Of a DNA stretch of 64,000 nucleotides, positions 50,735-62,691 are shown one piece after another. The stretch is from Malacoraja senta (Eukaryota). The position numbers and the translations under genes are program-made. The number at the start of each line of letters is the position of its first letter. Position 1 is the stretch's first letter. Below the pieces are notes generated by a model. The model worked only from the letters and a program-made list of their open reading frames with translations, was not told the origin of the DNA and searched no databases. The DNA lies in contig CM075988.1 in the NCBI GenBank assembly GCA_038087875.1, positions 8,992,001 to 9,056,000 of the forward strand. The letters are read 5' to 3'.

Positions 50735-51362
50735 CCTGCTATTGGAACTAGACTGGCGTACAATATTCCAGATATGGACTCACTGGTGGCCTGCATAATT
50801 GAAGAAGTTTCCACTCTTGCTCCCAAATCCTCTTTACAACAAATGCCAGTGTACCATTTGTCTTCCTAATTGTTTCCTGTTCCTGATTGTTGTTTTTATC
50901 TAAATTGTGTGCGAGAATATCTGGATCCTTCTGAACACACCTTTCAAACCTAAAACTATTTCTAAAATATTCGGCTTTTTTATTTCTTCAATGTGTAACA
51001 AACACTATTTTCTGCATTATATTTTATTTGCCATGGTTTTGGCCATTCAATTAATTTGTCTGTATCTCCGAGAAACCACACCGCATCTCTTCTCAGACCT
51101 CATACTTCCATCCACCAAAGTTGTGTCATCGGCGTCCTTGGATATATTGTACTTGATCCCTTCATCAAAATCATTGAAATAGATTGTGAACAGCATTGAT
51201 CAGAGGACAACAACACCTTACTGTTCACAGCCTTTCAACCTGAAACAGAAAACCCACTTAATCCCACTTTTTGCTTCCTGTTTGTTAACCAACCCTCAAT
51301 ACATGCTAATATATATATTACCAACAATAATGTGCACTCCAATTTTGTTTAATAACCTCTTG
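50735..51362 (-). mobile_element. Decayed CR1 RT fragment
   Basis: LFTIYFNDFDEGIKYNISKDADDTTL on minus. Confidence 0.65.
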
Positions 51363-51364
51363 TG

Positions 51365-51850
51365 TTTTCATCGGTCACTCCAAACGAGTATGAATGTCCT
51401 CTCCATAGGGTTGTCTACTTGTGGGTCTGCAGATGTCTGTAGAGGTCAATCTGCAATCCGCACAGCTTGGTGCAACGTGGAGGACTTAATCCAGGGTGCT
51501 ATTCCCTCTATGGAGGACGCCTGTGAGTGACTTTGTTTAATGTGGGGAAACTGGTGCACAGACAGCCACCACATGGTTCTTGACAGATCTGGGTCAGTAT
51601 CCAGTGGCATGAAATCCAAGACGACCGGAAACCCTTTTCTGCTGCAGCCTTCATCCGCTTTCCCAGCCGTTGTGACACTCCACTAAAGTGTGCCATCATC
51701 CTCCGCATGTTCCACCATTGAGGTCTTCGTTGGATTGCTCTTTGTCAGAGATCTCCCCCTCGACCTTACCGCCATGGATGGCCCTACCAGAGACGGCATT
51801 GCTCTCAGGACCACAAAAGCTTCTCCACCGCGACAAAGTGACAATCCATG
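51365..51850 (-). mobile_element. RTE-related non-autonomous element
   Basis: Minus-strand start ttgtcgcggtggagaagctt..ctggtagggccatccatggcggtaaggtc resembles RTE/BovB-type 5' UTRs (recalled similarity). Confidence 0.5.
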
Positions 51851-52149
51851 GTCAAATACCTCTATTAGTTAGATTACTGTCATCAGTACACAGTTAGCTC
51901 CCACTCTTGTCTGCCTACTTTCTCCCTTTTTTTATTTTATCATGAATTTTCCGAAGAGGTGCTAATTGGCAATTGGTTGACACCCGGTGCAGTTTTCCTC
52001 TCTCCAGCCCAATTTGTTAATGTCTAACGATATGGGCTGACATGAGCTAAATTCTGATTTAAATTGCTGTGCTTTCCATAAACAAACTCGTTAACCTTCT
52101 TCAGGCCTTCACCTTCAAATTCCAATGTTGCTCAGAAACAATCATAAGC

Positions 52150-52320
52150 CAGTCTGAAGATAGACACAAAAAGCTGGAGTAACTCAGTGGGTCAGGCAGC
52201 ATCTCTGGAGAAAAGGAATAGGTGATGTTTCAGGTCGAGACCCTTCTTCAGACTTCAGCTGAGTTACTCCAGCTTTTTTGTGTCTTTGGTTTAAACCAGC
52301 ATCTGCATTCCTTCTTACAC
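52150..52320. mobile_element. Fold-back Penelope terminal remnant
   Basis: gacacaaaaagctggagtaactcag / ctgagttactccagcttttttgtgtc. Confidence 0.75.
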
Positions 52321-52331
52321 ATAAGTCTGCC

Positions 52332-52419
52332 TTATTGATTGGGAACAGAAAGAGAGGTAGATTTCAAAACAATAACAAATTGATAATGAACTCACTCTCT
52401 TTCTGTTCCCAATCAATAA
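52332..52419. repeat. Perfect 25-bp inverted repeat, 38-nt spacer
   Basis: ttattgattgggaacagaaagagag (52332-52356) and ctctctttctgttcccaatcaataa (52395-52419). Confidence 0.92.
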
Positions 52420-53497
52420 TGAAATTACTTTCTGATTTTGAATCCAGAAATCGGAGTCTTGCACAAGCCGTTGAACTCTCATAAAGTAGGAAATATTTTG
52501 CACATATTCTTCACTAAGGAATCCAACCAAACATAACTCATCTTAGCTGTGTGTGTAAGAATGGAAGAGGCTTCTGAAAGTTGCCAGACTGTTCGTTAGT
52601 TAAACACAAAATGCTGGAGTAACTCAGTGTGTCAAGCAGCATCTCCAGAGAAAAGGAATAGGTGACGTTTCGGGCCGAGACCCTTCTTCGTTAAGTTTAG
52701 TTTATTGTAACGTGTACTGAGGCTCTGTGTAAAGCTTTTTTGTCACTTGCTATCCAGTCAACGGAAGGACTATACATGATTAGAAACGAGCCGCCACACT
52801 GTACAGTTAAAGGGAATAACGTTTAGCGCAAGATAAATGCTGCTGTTGGAGTAGAGGATTAAACGAGTGGAGCGATTGTAATGAATGATTACAGATCCGA
52901 TTCTGGGACCAACATGTAGAGGGTCGCCTGGCTTGGGCCCCAAGGGGTTGACGATACAAGTGTTATTATCACTATTCTAAAAACAGAAAGATTTTTTAAA
53001 ATTGGACGAGTAGCTGCTGATGTATTTTGATTGGGCTTGTGCACATACTGTAAATATGGTGTTGGTTATTCCTCTGCGTATGTTATCACATTGGAAATCC
53101 TGAGCTCTTTTAGGTGATCTAGGTAGGCTTTGACATGAAGATCTCAACGCTGATATGTGGCTGTTGTGCCTGATCAGATAAAACATGGCAATGAGCAAAA
53201 AGGAGCATGCATTGCCAGTAGCTGATATTTTTAAGAACACCAACACTGTCCAAAATGGCTCAGGTACCAGAGAATATGTGCTTCAAATTGGGTGTTGCAA
53301 AAGGGAATACTTCTCGGTTACTTTAAAAGAAAATCTTGGTAGTCTCTGCTTTAGCACAATTAATTGTTCTGACATTTATGCCAAAGTGTGTGTGATTTTA
53401 CTTCGGAGTCAGTTTAGTGATTCCATGAAGAAGACCCGTCAGGGCGCATCCGTGTCATTACGTCGGTCGCATTGGCGCACGGACCAGCGGGAGGACG

Positions 53498-53972
53498 GAG
53501 CTCCTCCTGTGGTAAGTATTTTTAGAGTAATTTTAAAGAGTTTTAAAGCTCCAGCTAAGTGAGAAACTTAGCTGGAGTAAAAAAGTTTCCTTTACTGTGG
53601 TGCTGTGCTCTGTGTTTTGTCACAGGCAGCACCATGGTGAAGACGAGCAGGGGAGGACAGAGCTCCTCCTGTAGTAAGTACTTTTTAAGTACTTTTATAG
53701 TTTTAAAGCTCCAGCTAAGTGAGAAACTTAGCTGGAGTAAAAAAGTTTCCTTTACTGTGGTGCTGTGCTCTGTGTTTTGTCACAGGCAGCACCATGGTGA
53801 AGACGAGCAGGGGAGGACAGAGCTCCTCCTGTAGTAAGTACTTTTTAAGTACTTTTATAGTTTTAAAGCTCCAGCTAAGTGGGAAACTTAGCTGGAGTGA
53901 AAAGTTTCTGTTTTGTGGTGCTCTGTGTTTTTTATTACAGCAGCACCATGATGAAGACGACCAGGGGGAGGG
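53498..53972 (+). repeat. 160-bp tandem triplication in copy B 5' region
   Basis: ORF starts at 53559 and 53719 give the period. Each unit has a ctccagctaagt / acttagctggag 12-bp hairpin. Confidence 0.92.
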
Positions 53973-54348
53973 CAGCCACAGGTAAAGCATAGGAGAGCCA
54001 CGGGAATGCGGTCTGTCAGCGGCTGCCTCGTACCCCTGCACAGTCGCTGACCGGGAGCGGGGCGACTTCAGACTGAGTGCTAAAAAGCACCAAAGCCTAC
54101 GCCAGTCGTTTGTAAGGCACGGGGAAGACTGGGTGGCCCTCGGACTCAACTGAGTCGGGCCACAACGAGCCTGTACGGGGCTGGAGACGTTTTTAAACGG
54201 TTCTCCCAAAAGGAGCATCTCATTCAGAGGTTGCTCCAGAAACGCACACTCCGGGGAGGAGTCGTGTGGGCGGTAGGTTGCAGAAAGGCCACGCCGGCAG
54301 CACCTGGTAGAGGGCTGCTTAAAGCACCCTCATGCATGAGGTGAGTGC

Positions 54349-54700
54349 AGAGGGTCAGCTAAGTTCTGACCCCGACTCTGACGGAGACTTGGAAATTAGC
54401 GAAGAACGACCGTTGTCAGAGGTCCATTCTCTGGCAGCACGATTCGCTGTCCAGTCAGAGTATGGAGTGCCACTGGGAGAACAGCTGGCCTCTACGATAG
54501 GGTCAGCTCAGTTCTGACCCGACTCTGACGGAGACTTTGTTGAATAGCGAAGAACGGCTGTTGTCAGAGGTCCATTCTCTGGCAGCACGATTCGCTGTCC
54601 CGTCAGAATATGGAATGCCACTGGGAAAGCGAAGACGGCCGTTGTCAGAGTTCCCATCTCTGGCAGTATGATTTGCTGTCCAGTCAGAGTCTGGAATCAC
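54349..54700 (+). repeat. Internal tandem duplication in copy B gag (~150 bp, plus partial third)
   Basis: agggtcagct.agttctgaccc..gactctgacggagactt..ccgttgtcagag..ctctggcag recurs. Confidence 0.85.
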
Positions 54701-57700
54701 CAAGAGACGGGGTAACTGCGAGTTGCTGAAGGTGCCAGCAGTGATATGGAGCCAGATGGGCGTGGGCGTGCAGTGCCCAGGAGATGAAGCTGCAGAGAAT
54801 CCTGAAATTACTTGGCTCAGGAATCACGGCGTTCGCGAGAACGGTGGATGGAGGGCATGTGTCGGAGATGAAGCAAGAGGTACTAGGGTTGCTTGGTAGC
54901 ACCCATTTTTGAGATACATTGTCTCAGGGAAAGTGCCATTCGGCCCACCATTAATTCCAAGATTGCAGTATTTTTCCAGCCTAGCAACATACAGCCGGCC
55001 AACCTACTCTTCGGAGAGGACCTCGCCAAGAGAGTCAAGGACATGGATGATGAGGCAAAGACAGTGGACTTTATCAAGCCACCGGCAGTCGGCAAGTTTC
55101 CAAAAAAGAAAGTACCCCGACAAACGAAGCGGGAACATGGTCAAACATTGGCTTTCCCGCCAAGGAGCCGGGGGACAACGTCATCCACCAGGTACCAAGG
55201 AGGTAGGTGGGCCTGGTTCTCAGGTGCACATATCAAATGTGACACAACTTAAATCTGGGGTACATTACATCTGTTTCTGGGATGAATGGAAGCAAATTTC
55301 CTTAGCTCTGTTTATACAGAGTGTTATTCAAAGGTTTCAAATAGATTTCAATCCAAATTGTGATTTGCACATTCAGCATGTTCTTGGGAGAACTATTCAG
55401 TTTTCATTAACAGAACAGATGGATGTTCAGACTGCACTTGCAAGCTTATGTGATAAAGGTGTAATGGTAAAGTTGGTTCACCAACCCCATCAATTTGTTT
55501 CTAATATTTTCCCAGGCCAAAAAAGGATGGGGGATATAGTATAGACATTGTAAGATGGAATTGTCACTGCCAAGCAACTGGGTCAAGAGGATGCTATATG
55601 GCGACTATAGAGCTTAAAGATGCGCATTACTCAATGTCTGTTGATTTGCAGGATAAGGATATTTGAAATTCACCTGGATGGATCAACTATGGCAACAAAA
55701 TTGTTAAAACCTATAATAGGCATGCTGAGAGGCCAGGGTCAGGTGCTCATGGCTTAACTTGATGATATCTTGATTACAGAGGTATCCAAGAGAACAGCTG
55801 AAGTAACAGGTGATAGTTGTTAAATCCAATTTTCAAAGATTGGGCATTATTCATCCAGAGGAATCCAAATTAACACCTGACTACTTGGGTCACATTTGAT
55901 TCAATTAAGTGACTGCCCAGGGAAAAAAGGGTAGAGCTAATTGACAGGTGTATCAAGCTAATTGAGGCATTAAGGATGCATTTGGGTCATTATAATAGAC
56001 CTAGGCCGTTATCAGTAAAGGCTATTTCTGATTTGCAATGGTGGATTCACCATGTGGCCAGAAGTTATAGCAAGGTAATGCTTGACCAGCCTTCTATGAT
56101 TTTGCAGATGAATGTCATTGCACTCGGGTGAGGTGTCACGGATACGAGTTTCAGCTGTGGAGGCAGATGGACTGAGCAAGAGGCATCGCTTCTGCAGACA
56201 TGGGCAATTAACTATTAAGAGGCTTTTATGGATAAGGCTTATTGCTCTAACAAATGTAATCTGCATATTCAGTTTCAGATTGACAATACTACGCAAGTGG
56301 CATATATATTAATCACATCAGTGGAATCAAGTCGGTATTTTGTGACAGATTGGCTAATCACATTTGGGCCTGGTACATTGAAATATATATTTCAGCTATT
56401 TATCTACCAGGTAGATTCTACATAGTAGCAGACGCCAAGTCACGAAAGTTCCATGACAACATAGATTGGATGTTGAACCAGGAGGTGTTCAATAATATAG
56501 TACTTATATATGAATGCCAGATATCGATTTGTATTGCACCAAGGTTCAACCATCAGCAGCCTAAATAGGTTTCATGGGAACCAGACCAGGTGGCAGTTGC
56601 AATTGGTACTTTGACGTTACATTGGGGTGGTATGTTTTATATATTTTTCTACCATTTTGCCTAATAGGTCGGAGTCTGCAAGAAATCAAGCAGGATGCCG
56701 CTTTGGGGGTGCTTGTAATACCTAATTGGCCGAATCAAGCATGGTTCCCTTTGATGTTACAGTTAGGGATCCAACCTCTTTTTGGTGGTTGCCAAGCGTA
56801 GGAATTGACTGGATCATCCACTAACATGGGAAAGTCATCTGTTATGTGATCGTATTGACTTGTTAATTTGCAGGTTTTAAGAACGCCATACCTGGATCAA
56901 GGACTGTCTGGGTGAACGGTGGACATGCTCACTGAAGCCTGGAGAAAGAGTACTCAAAATGGGTATATTACTTATGTAAAAAATGGGAGCAATATTGTGT
57001 ACAAAATAATATTGACTATAGTACTGCAGGTATTGTGGATATTTTAGAGTTCTGTTGACACCCTACGATAATGAGGGGCTCAGTTATAGCACCATTAATA
57101 CAGCTTTAAGTGCTTTGTCCTCGTATGGTTTTGACGGGGTCAGGAAAGATCCTATTGGGTTTCATCATATCATAGCTGGATTGATGAAAGGAATTTCAAC
57201 TCTAAACCTCCTAAACCCAGGTATATGACGATCTGGGATGTAAGTGTGGTCCTCAAGATGCTTCGACAGTAGGTTCCTGTCATGTCACTGAATTTGCCAA
57301 ACTAATCATGAAAGTGGTTATGCTCATGGCGTTGGTTCAGCATAGCAAGTGCAGAGTTTGCAAAAGCTGCTAGACAGGATGGAAGTTGCTGAAGAGAATG
57401 TTATGTTCTATATTTGCGTCCAGCTCAAACAGAGCAGGCCAGGTGTCACAGGTTTGTTAAAATTGTGTTTCAGCATAACCTACTGATCCATGTTTATGTG
57501 TAATGGCACATTTAATTTCGTTGTATTGAAGCTACAAAGATCTTAAGAAATGTGGAAACAGCATTGTTTATCAGTTACATGTAGCCACACAGGAGAATGT
57601 CAGTGCAGACTATCTCAAGGTGGTTTAAAGCAAATGTTAATTCAGGCAGGTATTAACACTGAAATGTATATATCCTTTTCCACTAGTGCAGCAGCAACGT

Positions 57701-57981
57701 CGGCTAGGGCGATGGATGTTCACATCGGCCACATTTTTACAGGTGCCGGGTGATCAAATGCCGTTCGGGAAGAGGCTGTTTGCAAATTCAGTATTAAGTC
57801 CTGTTTAGGTTCCCCTGGGATAGAGGGGTTACTGTTTGTTTTGATTATTCAAATCAATTGTTATTGCATGATATTAAAATTTCATGTTTAACGCATTATT
57901 GATTGTTTCTCATCGAAAGTCAATCAATGCAGTGAGAAGCCGGGATTTGGATCTACGGCATAAAATCACAGAGCTTTGAAC

Positions 57982-58093
57982 TCTTCATGGAATCACTAAA
58001 GTGACTCCGAAGTAAAATAGTAAGATTAAACGAGAACTTACCAGTTTGAAGTTTAATCGTTATTTTATGAGGAGTTACGTTGTTGATTACGTG
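57982..58093 (+). repeat. DIRS ICR, copy B
   Basis: Reverse complement of the left terminus (53395-53431) fused through AAT to the reverse complement of the right terminus (58243-58320). Confidence 0.9.
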
Positions 58094-58469
58094 CCCGCCA
58101 TGCCCAACCCTCTCTCATAAAAAAAGTCATATGGTAGTTCTGATGTTGCTCATCTTAATATGTTACTTCAAATATTGTGTTATCTGTGATTTCATACCGC
58201 TGCTTTGAAGATTGACGCGCATGCGCCCTGACGGGTCTTCTTCACGTAATCACTAACGTAACTCCTCATGAAATAACGATCAAACTTCAAACTGTTAAGT
58301 TCTCGTTTAATCTTACTATTAATATTTGATGTGAGGAATCAGGTCCGATGGACTGACACACGCATGGAGATATCTGCAGCAGGCAATGTGAATTAGGCAG
58401 AGTCAGTGAAAGATACAGCATGGAAAATAAGGCCCTTGGGCCCACTATTACTGAGGGCTAAATTGGAGC

Positions 58470-59085
58470 CACAAGAGACTGCGGATGCTGTCATCTTGAC
58501 CAAAAAAACAACTCAACAACTCAGACAGCATCTGTGGAGGAAAATGAACAGACAAAGATTTCAATCAGGAACTTTCTGATGGAGCTGGGGGTGGGGGGGT
58601 GGGGGTTAGGGGTGGTGGTGGGGAGAAAGTTTGTGAAGAGTGGTCATGGTCAGGCAAATGCTGGCAAGGATGCAGGTAAGGAGGCAGATGGGTGGAGATG
58701 GTATCTAAGCTAGAGGTGAGATGGAGTCAAAAGGATATCAGATAAATGGAAGCAAAATTAGGAGTTGAATGTAAAGATGGAGGGGGGTGATGTAGGTAGA
58801 AGTGGAAGGGGGCTGGGAAAAAAGAGGGAAGATAAAAAGAATGGGGCACTCGGAGAAGGGCGGGGCAGGAGATGAGTGAATTGGGAGATGAGGTAAAAGG
58901 GACAGGATGCTGGGGAGGGGGATGAGAAGGGGGTGGTGGTTTACTTGAACGATTTGTGGGGAGGGGGATGAGAAGGGGGTGGTGGTTTACTTGAAATTGG
59001 AGAATGCATTGTTCATACTGTTGGGTAGTATGCAGAATAAGAAGTGCCCAGTTTGCGTCGTGCCTTTGGGTTCTATTTCAATGTG
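58470..59085 (-). mobile_element. Old Penelope-like 3' fragment
   Basis: ttacttgaaattggagaatgcattgttcatactgttggg and purine-rich UTR as in 11232-11740. Confidence 0.55.
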
Positions 59086-59297
59086 AGATGTTGAAATATA
59101 AATCTAAGTCCACTTTTGTGGCGGTAACTCATCTTTTAGATTTCTCCACCAGAGGCACGGTGGAGGCTCAGTCACTGAACATATTCGATAGAACTGGACA
59201 CATTAAAGGAATCACAGAATACCACATGGTCAGTGCAGTAAAGTGTCAATATGGTAGCAGATCAGCTGTGATCTTATTGTGGATGAGCAGATCCAAA

Positions 59298-59596
59298 GGC
59301 AGCGTGGTGGCGCGGCGGTAGATTTGCTGCCTTACAGCGCTTGCAGCGCCGGACACCTGGGTTTGATCCCGACTACGGGTGCTGTCTGTATGAAGTTTGT
59401 ACGTGACCAGGTGGGTTTTCTCCGAGATCTTTGGTTTCCTCCCACACTCCAAAGACGTACAGGTATGCAAGTTAATCAGCTTGGTGTACTTGTGAATTCT
59501 CCCTAGTGTGTGTGCGGGGATCGCTGGTTGGCGCGGACTCGATAGGCCGAAGGGCCTATTTCCGTGCTGTATCTCTAAACTAAACTAAACTAAACA
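59298..59596 (+). mobile_element. HE1-like SINE
   Basis: tggcgcggcgg, ggtttgatcc, (ctaaa)n. Confidence 0.85.
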
Positions 59597-60096
59597 AAGT
59601 GCTGGATGGCTTGTTGCTGCTCTAGTTCTCTTGTTCTAATGCACCTATCTCACCAGGGACTAACTTTACTGTACCACTCTACTGTTTTGTTTTTAAATTG
59701 CTGTTTTTGTTTCCCTTATTCCTTCCGCCCACAATATTTAATATGTAAAAGAATATGTGATTCTGTTCCATTCTGTTTGTAGTTTGTTTGTTTGTTTGTT
59801 TGTTTTTTGCACAAAGTCCGCAAGCATTGTGTATCTCGTATGTGTGTGACAAATAAACTTGACTTGACTTGACTTGACATATGTTCCCAGGAAATAATTT
59901 CAAAAGGCATTGATGTCAAATGTACCTCAATGATCATACTTTATTATCACATGTGTAATATCCCTGGAGAAAAGGAACAGGTGGCGTTTCGGGCCGAGAC
60001 ACTTTTTCAGACTGACCAAAGGTAACTAATGGTTAACTAGATAGGCAAGCAGCTTAACAGAAGGCAAAAAAACATTATAAAGTTCAGATTACATCT

Positions 60097-60525
60097 TAGT
60101 TTTGTTTAGTTTAGTTTAGTTTATTGTCACATGTGCTAAGGTAGAGTGAAAAGCTTTTTGTTGCGGGCTAATCAGTCAGCGGAAAGAGTCTTCATGATGA
60201 GAATCGAGCCGTCCACAGTGTACAGTTAGATGACAAAGGGAATATTGTTTCAATAAAGTCCATTTAAAGATACTCTGATGAACTTCAATGAGGTAGATAG
60301 TAGCTCAGGACCACTCTCTAGTTTTCGGTAGGAGGGTTAATTTGACTGATAACAGCCGGGAATAAACCGTCTCTGAATCTGGAGGTATGCGTGAGAACAG
60401 ATACCTCCAGATTCAGAGACAGTTTCTTCCCAGCTGTTATCAGGCAACTGAACCATCCTACAGAAAACTAACGAGCGATCCTGAGCTACTATCTACCTAA
60501 TTGAAGACCCTCGGACTATCTCTAA
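60097..60525. mobile_element. Rex/Babar-type 3' fragments in fold-back arrangement
   Basis: 60265-60388 is an imperfect reverse complement of 60401-60525. Confidence 0.75.
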
Positions 60526-61394
60526 TCCTGCGCAATGTGTTGAGATCTGATGCCAGAGACCCATTCATGAAGTAGAACGTGGTGAAGAAAAAAGTCCAAG
60601 CTATCCAACTGGGTTGTTGATCTTAGGAGAAAAACTGTGAAGGTGCAGACATTCTAATGGCACAGGAAGCATCAGAGAGCTAGAAACATAGAGCTGCATA
60701 ACTGACTCATTAATATTGAAGGGCAAATCAAGAATATTGCATCATATCCAAACAATGGGGAAAATGTGGAAATGTAGACAAAAGTGATTCTAAATTGGTT
60801 ATTAACAAGTTATTTAGGTAGAGAGTGACCTACTCATGACAGTTGAACTGACTTCTGAGTAGATTGGGGGGAATAGGAGACCTGGAATGTTTAATAAACA
60901 GGCAGTTTCTCCTTTGGGAATCTCCAAGATGGAAGAAATCAATAGACCGCCTCCTATGTGACACATCACCTGAAGTAACTCAGTATCTGACATGACTTTG
61001 TTCCAAATATAAATTAAAACCAGTTGTGACTCAGTACTGAGTGTGGCTTGGAATTTTATATGTCTGACTGCTTGTGTGGCATTAACTAACGTGTCCCAGT
61101 AGCATGTCTGGTTCGGTGCCTGGTATGACTCAGAACGCATTTGGTGTGATTCAGCGGCAGGTTAAGTTTCAATATCTGGCATGTCCTCAATACTAAGTAA
61201 CCGGTGTGATTCAGAGCAGTGCTTAGTGTCACTTAGTACCAAGTGTGGCCAGTATCTGTTACAACTCAGTGACCAGTATGACTCGGTGTTTGTTGTGTCT
61301 CCGTATGCAATGTGATTCCACAACAGGTTTGACTCGGCACCAAATGAGATGACAACAGAGCTATTCTCAGTAAAGACCAATGTCGAACCAGATA

Positions 61395-61535
61395 AGGGTT
61401 TGAAGAAGTGTCCGGACCTGAAATGTCACATGAGTCTGAAGAATGGTCCCGACCTGAAACGTCGCTTATCCATATTCTCTGGAGATGCTGCCTGACCCAC
61501 TGAGCTACTCCAGCATTTTGTGTCTTCCCTTGTTT
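61395..61535 (+). mobile_element. Penelope terminal remnant with duplicated core
   Basis: tgaagaagtgtccggacctgaaatgtc followed by ctgaagaatggtcccgacctgaaacgtc. Confidence 0.7.
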
Positions 61536-61789
61536 CTATTTTCTATGTTACCTCCCTACAACTAAATTACTGCCCAGCCTTGGAGCACTAGCTGAGTGGT
61601 TTGCTGCTGTTTTAGATGACACCATTTTGTGTCTGTGCAGTTACAAGATGCACTTGTTGCTGTTCCCCAGGGCTAACAATTCCTAAAAGTCACCATGGCA
61701 ACTGCGGCCTAATCAAACTCCAATTTTTAGCCGAAGTTCTGTCAAGACTCACTTGAGTCTGTTTCACGGTTCAACTGTCCCTTGACTTT

Positions 61790-62228
61790 TAACATAGAAC
61801 ATAGATACAGCGCAGGAACAGGCCCTTCAGCACACAATGTCTGTGGTGTGCATTGATGCTGATATTCTTCATCTGCCTGAACATGATCCATTCCCCTCCA
61901 CCAGCACATCCCTGTACCCAGCTAAAAGCCTCTTAAATGCTACTATTATATCTGCCTCCTCCACCACCCCCAACAGTGCACTCCAGGCACCCATCGCCAT
62001 GTAAAAAAGTTGCCCCACACATCTCCTTTAAACTTTGCCCCTTTCCTTCCTGACTCTTATACTCAAGCGTACCGCCTGCCTTCTTTAACACTTTGTCTAC
62101 TTGTGTTGACAGTTTCAGTGAGCAATGGACTGGGACCCCAAGATCCATCTGTACATCAATGCTGTTAAAGTGTCATGTCATTAATTGTATTCTTTCCCCT
62201 TGCGTCCAACCTCCTAAGGTGCAAGACC
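61790..62228 (-). mobile_element. Decayed CR1 fragment
   Basis: DLGVPVHCSLKLSTQVDKVLKKA; (ttctatg)n tail. Confidence 0.7.
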
Positions 62229-62325
62229 TTTTTTTAGCCTTTCTGGTTGCTGTCAATTTCTCATTGGTACTATTCACAATGATGAGTTAGTCTACTAGAA
62301 AATATGAAATCAAAACATGTAGTCA

Positions 62326-62491
62326 ATTTTACTTCGGAGTCACGTGAGTGACTACGTGAAGAAGACCCCGTCCAGCCGCACACGCGTCATTATCGATCAG
62401 ACGCATAGCGTTCATGACCGTGTGTGGAGAAGCAGCAGCTCCTCCAGGCGGTGAGTAAAGCGAATTTAAAGTAAAAATCGGACAAGGTAAG
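62326..62491 (+). mobile_element. 5' end of a third DIRS copy (C), cut by the assembly gap
   Basis: attttacttcggagtcacgtgagtgactacgtgaagaag matches the left termini of copies A and B. Confidence 0.88.
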
Positions 62492-62691
62492 NNNNNNNNN
62501 NNNNNNNNNNNNNNNNNNNNNNNNNNNNNNNNNNNNNNNNNNNNNNNNNNNNNNNNNNNNNNNNNNNNNNNNNNNNNNNNNNNNNNNNNNNNNNNNNNNN
62601 NNNNNNNNNNNNNNNNNNNNNNNNNNNNNNNNNNNNNNNNNNNNNNNNNNNNNNNNNNNNNNNNNNNNNNNNNNNNNNNNNNNNNNNNNNN
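62492..62691. other. Assembly gap (200 N)
   Basis: Directly visible. Confidence 1.

Larger units (their letters stand above)
53395..58320 (+). mobile_element. DIRS1-like retrotransposon, full length, heavily decayed (copy B)
   Basis: Colinear with copy A (gag, RT, RH, MT FLPF, YR remnants). ATT termini, ITR ~53426-53457 / 58213-58244, ICR 57982-58093. Confidence 0.93.

Noticed and set aside
5869..53395. DIRS A and B as ends of one giant composite element
   Set aside because: Each copy has its own complete termini and ICR, and they are clearly diverged, so they are independent insertions.
58912..58996. 37-bp direct duplication
   Set aside because: Ordinary local slippage inside a Penelope remnant.
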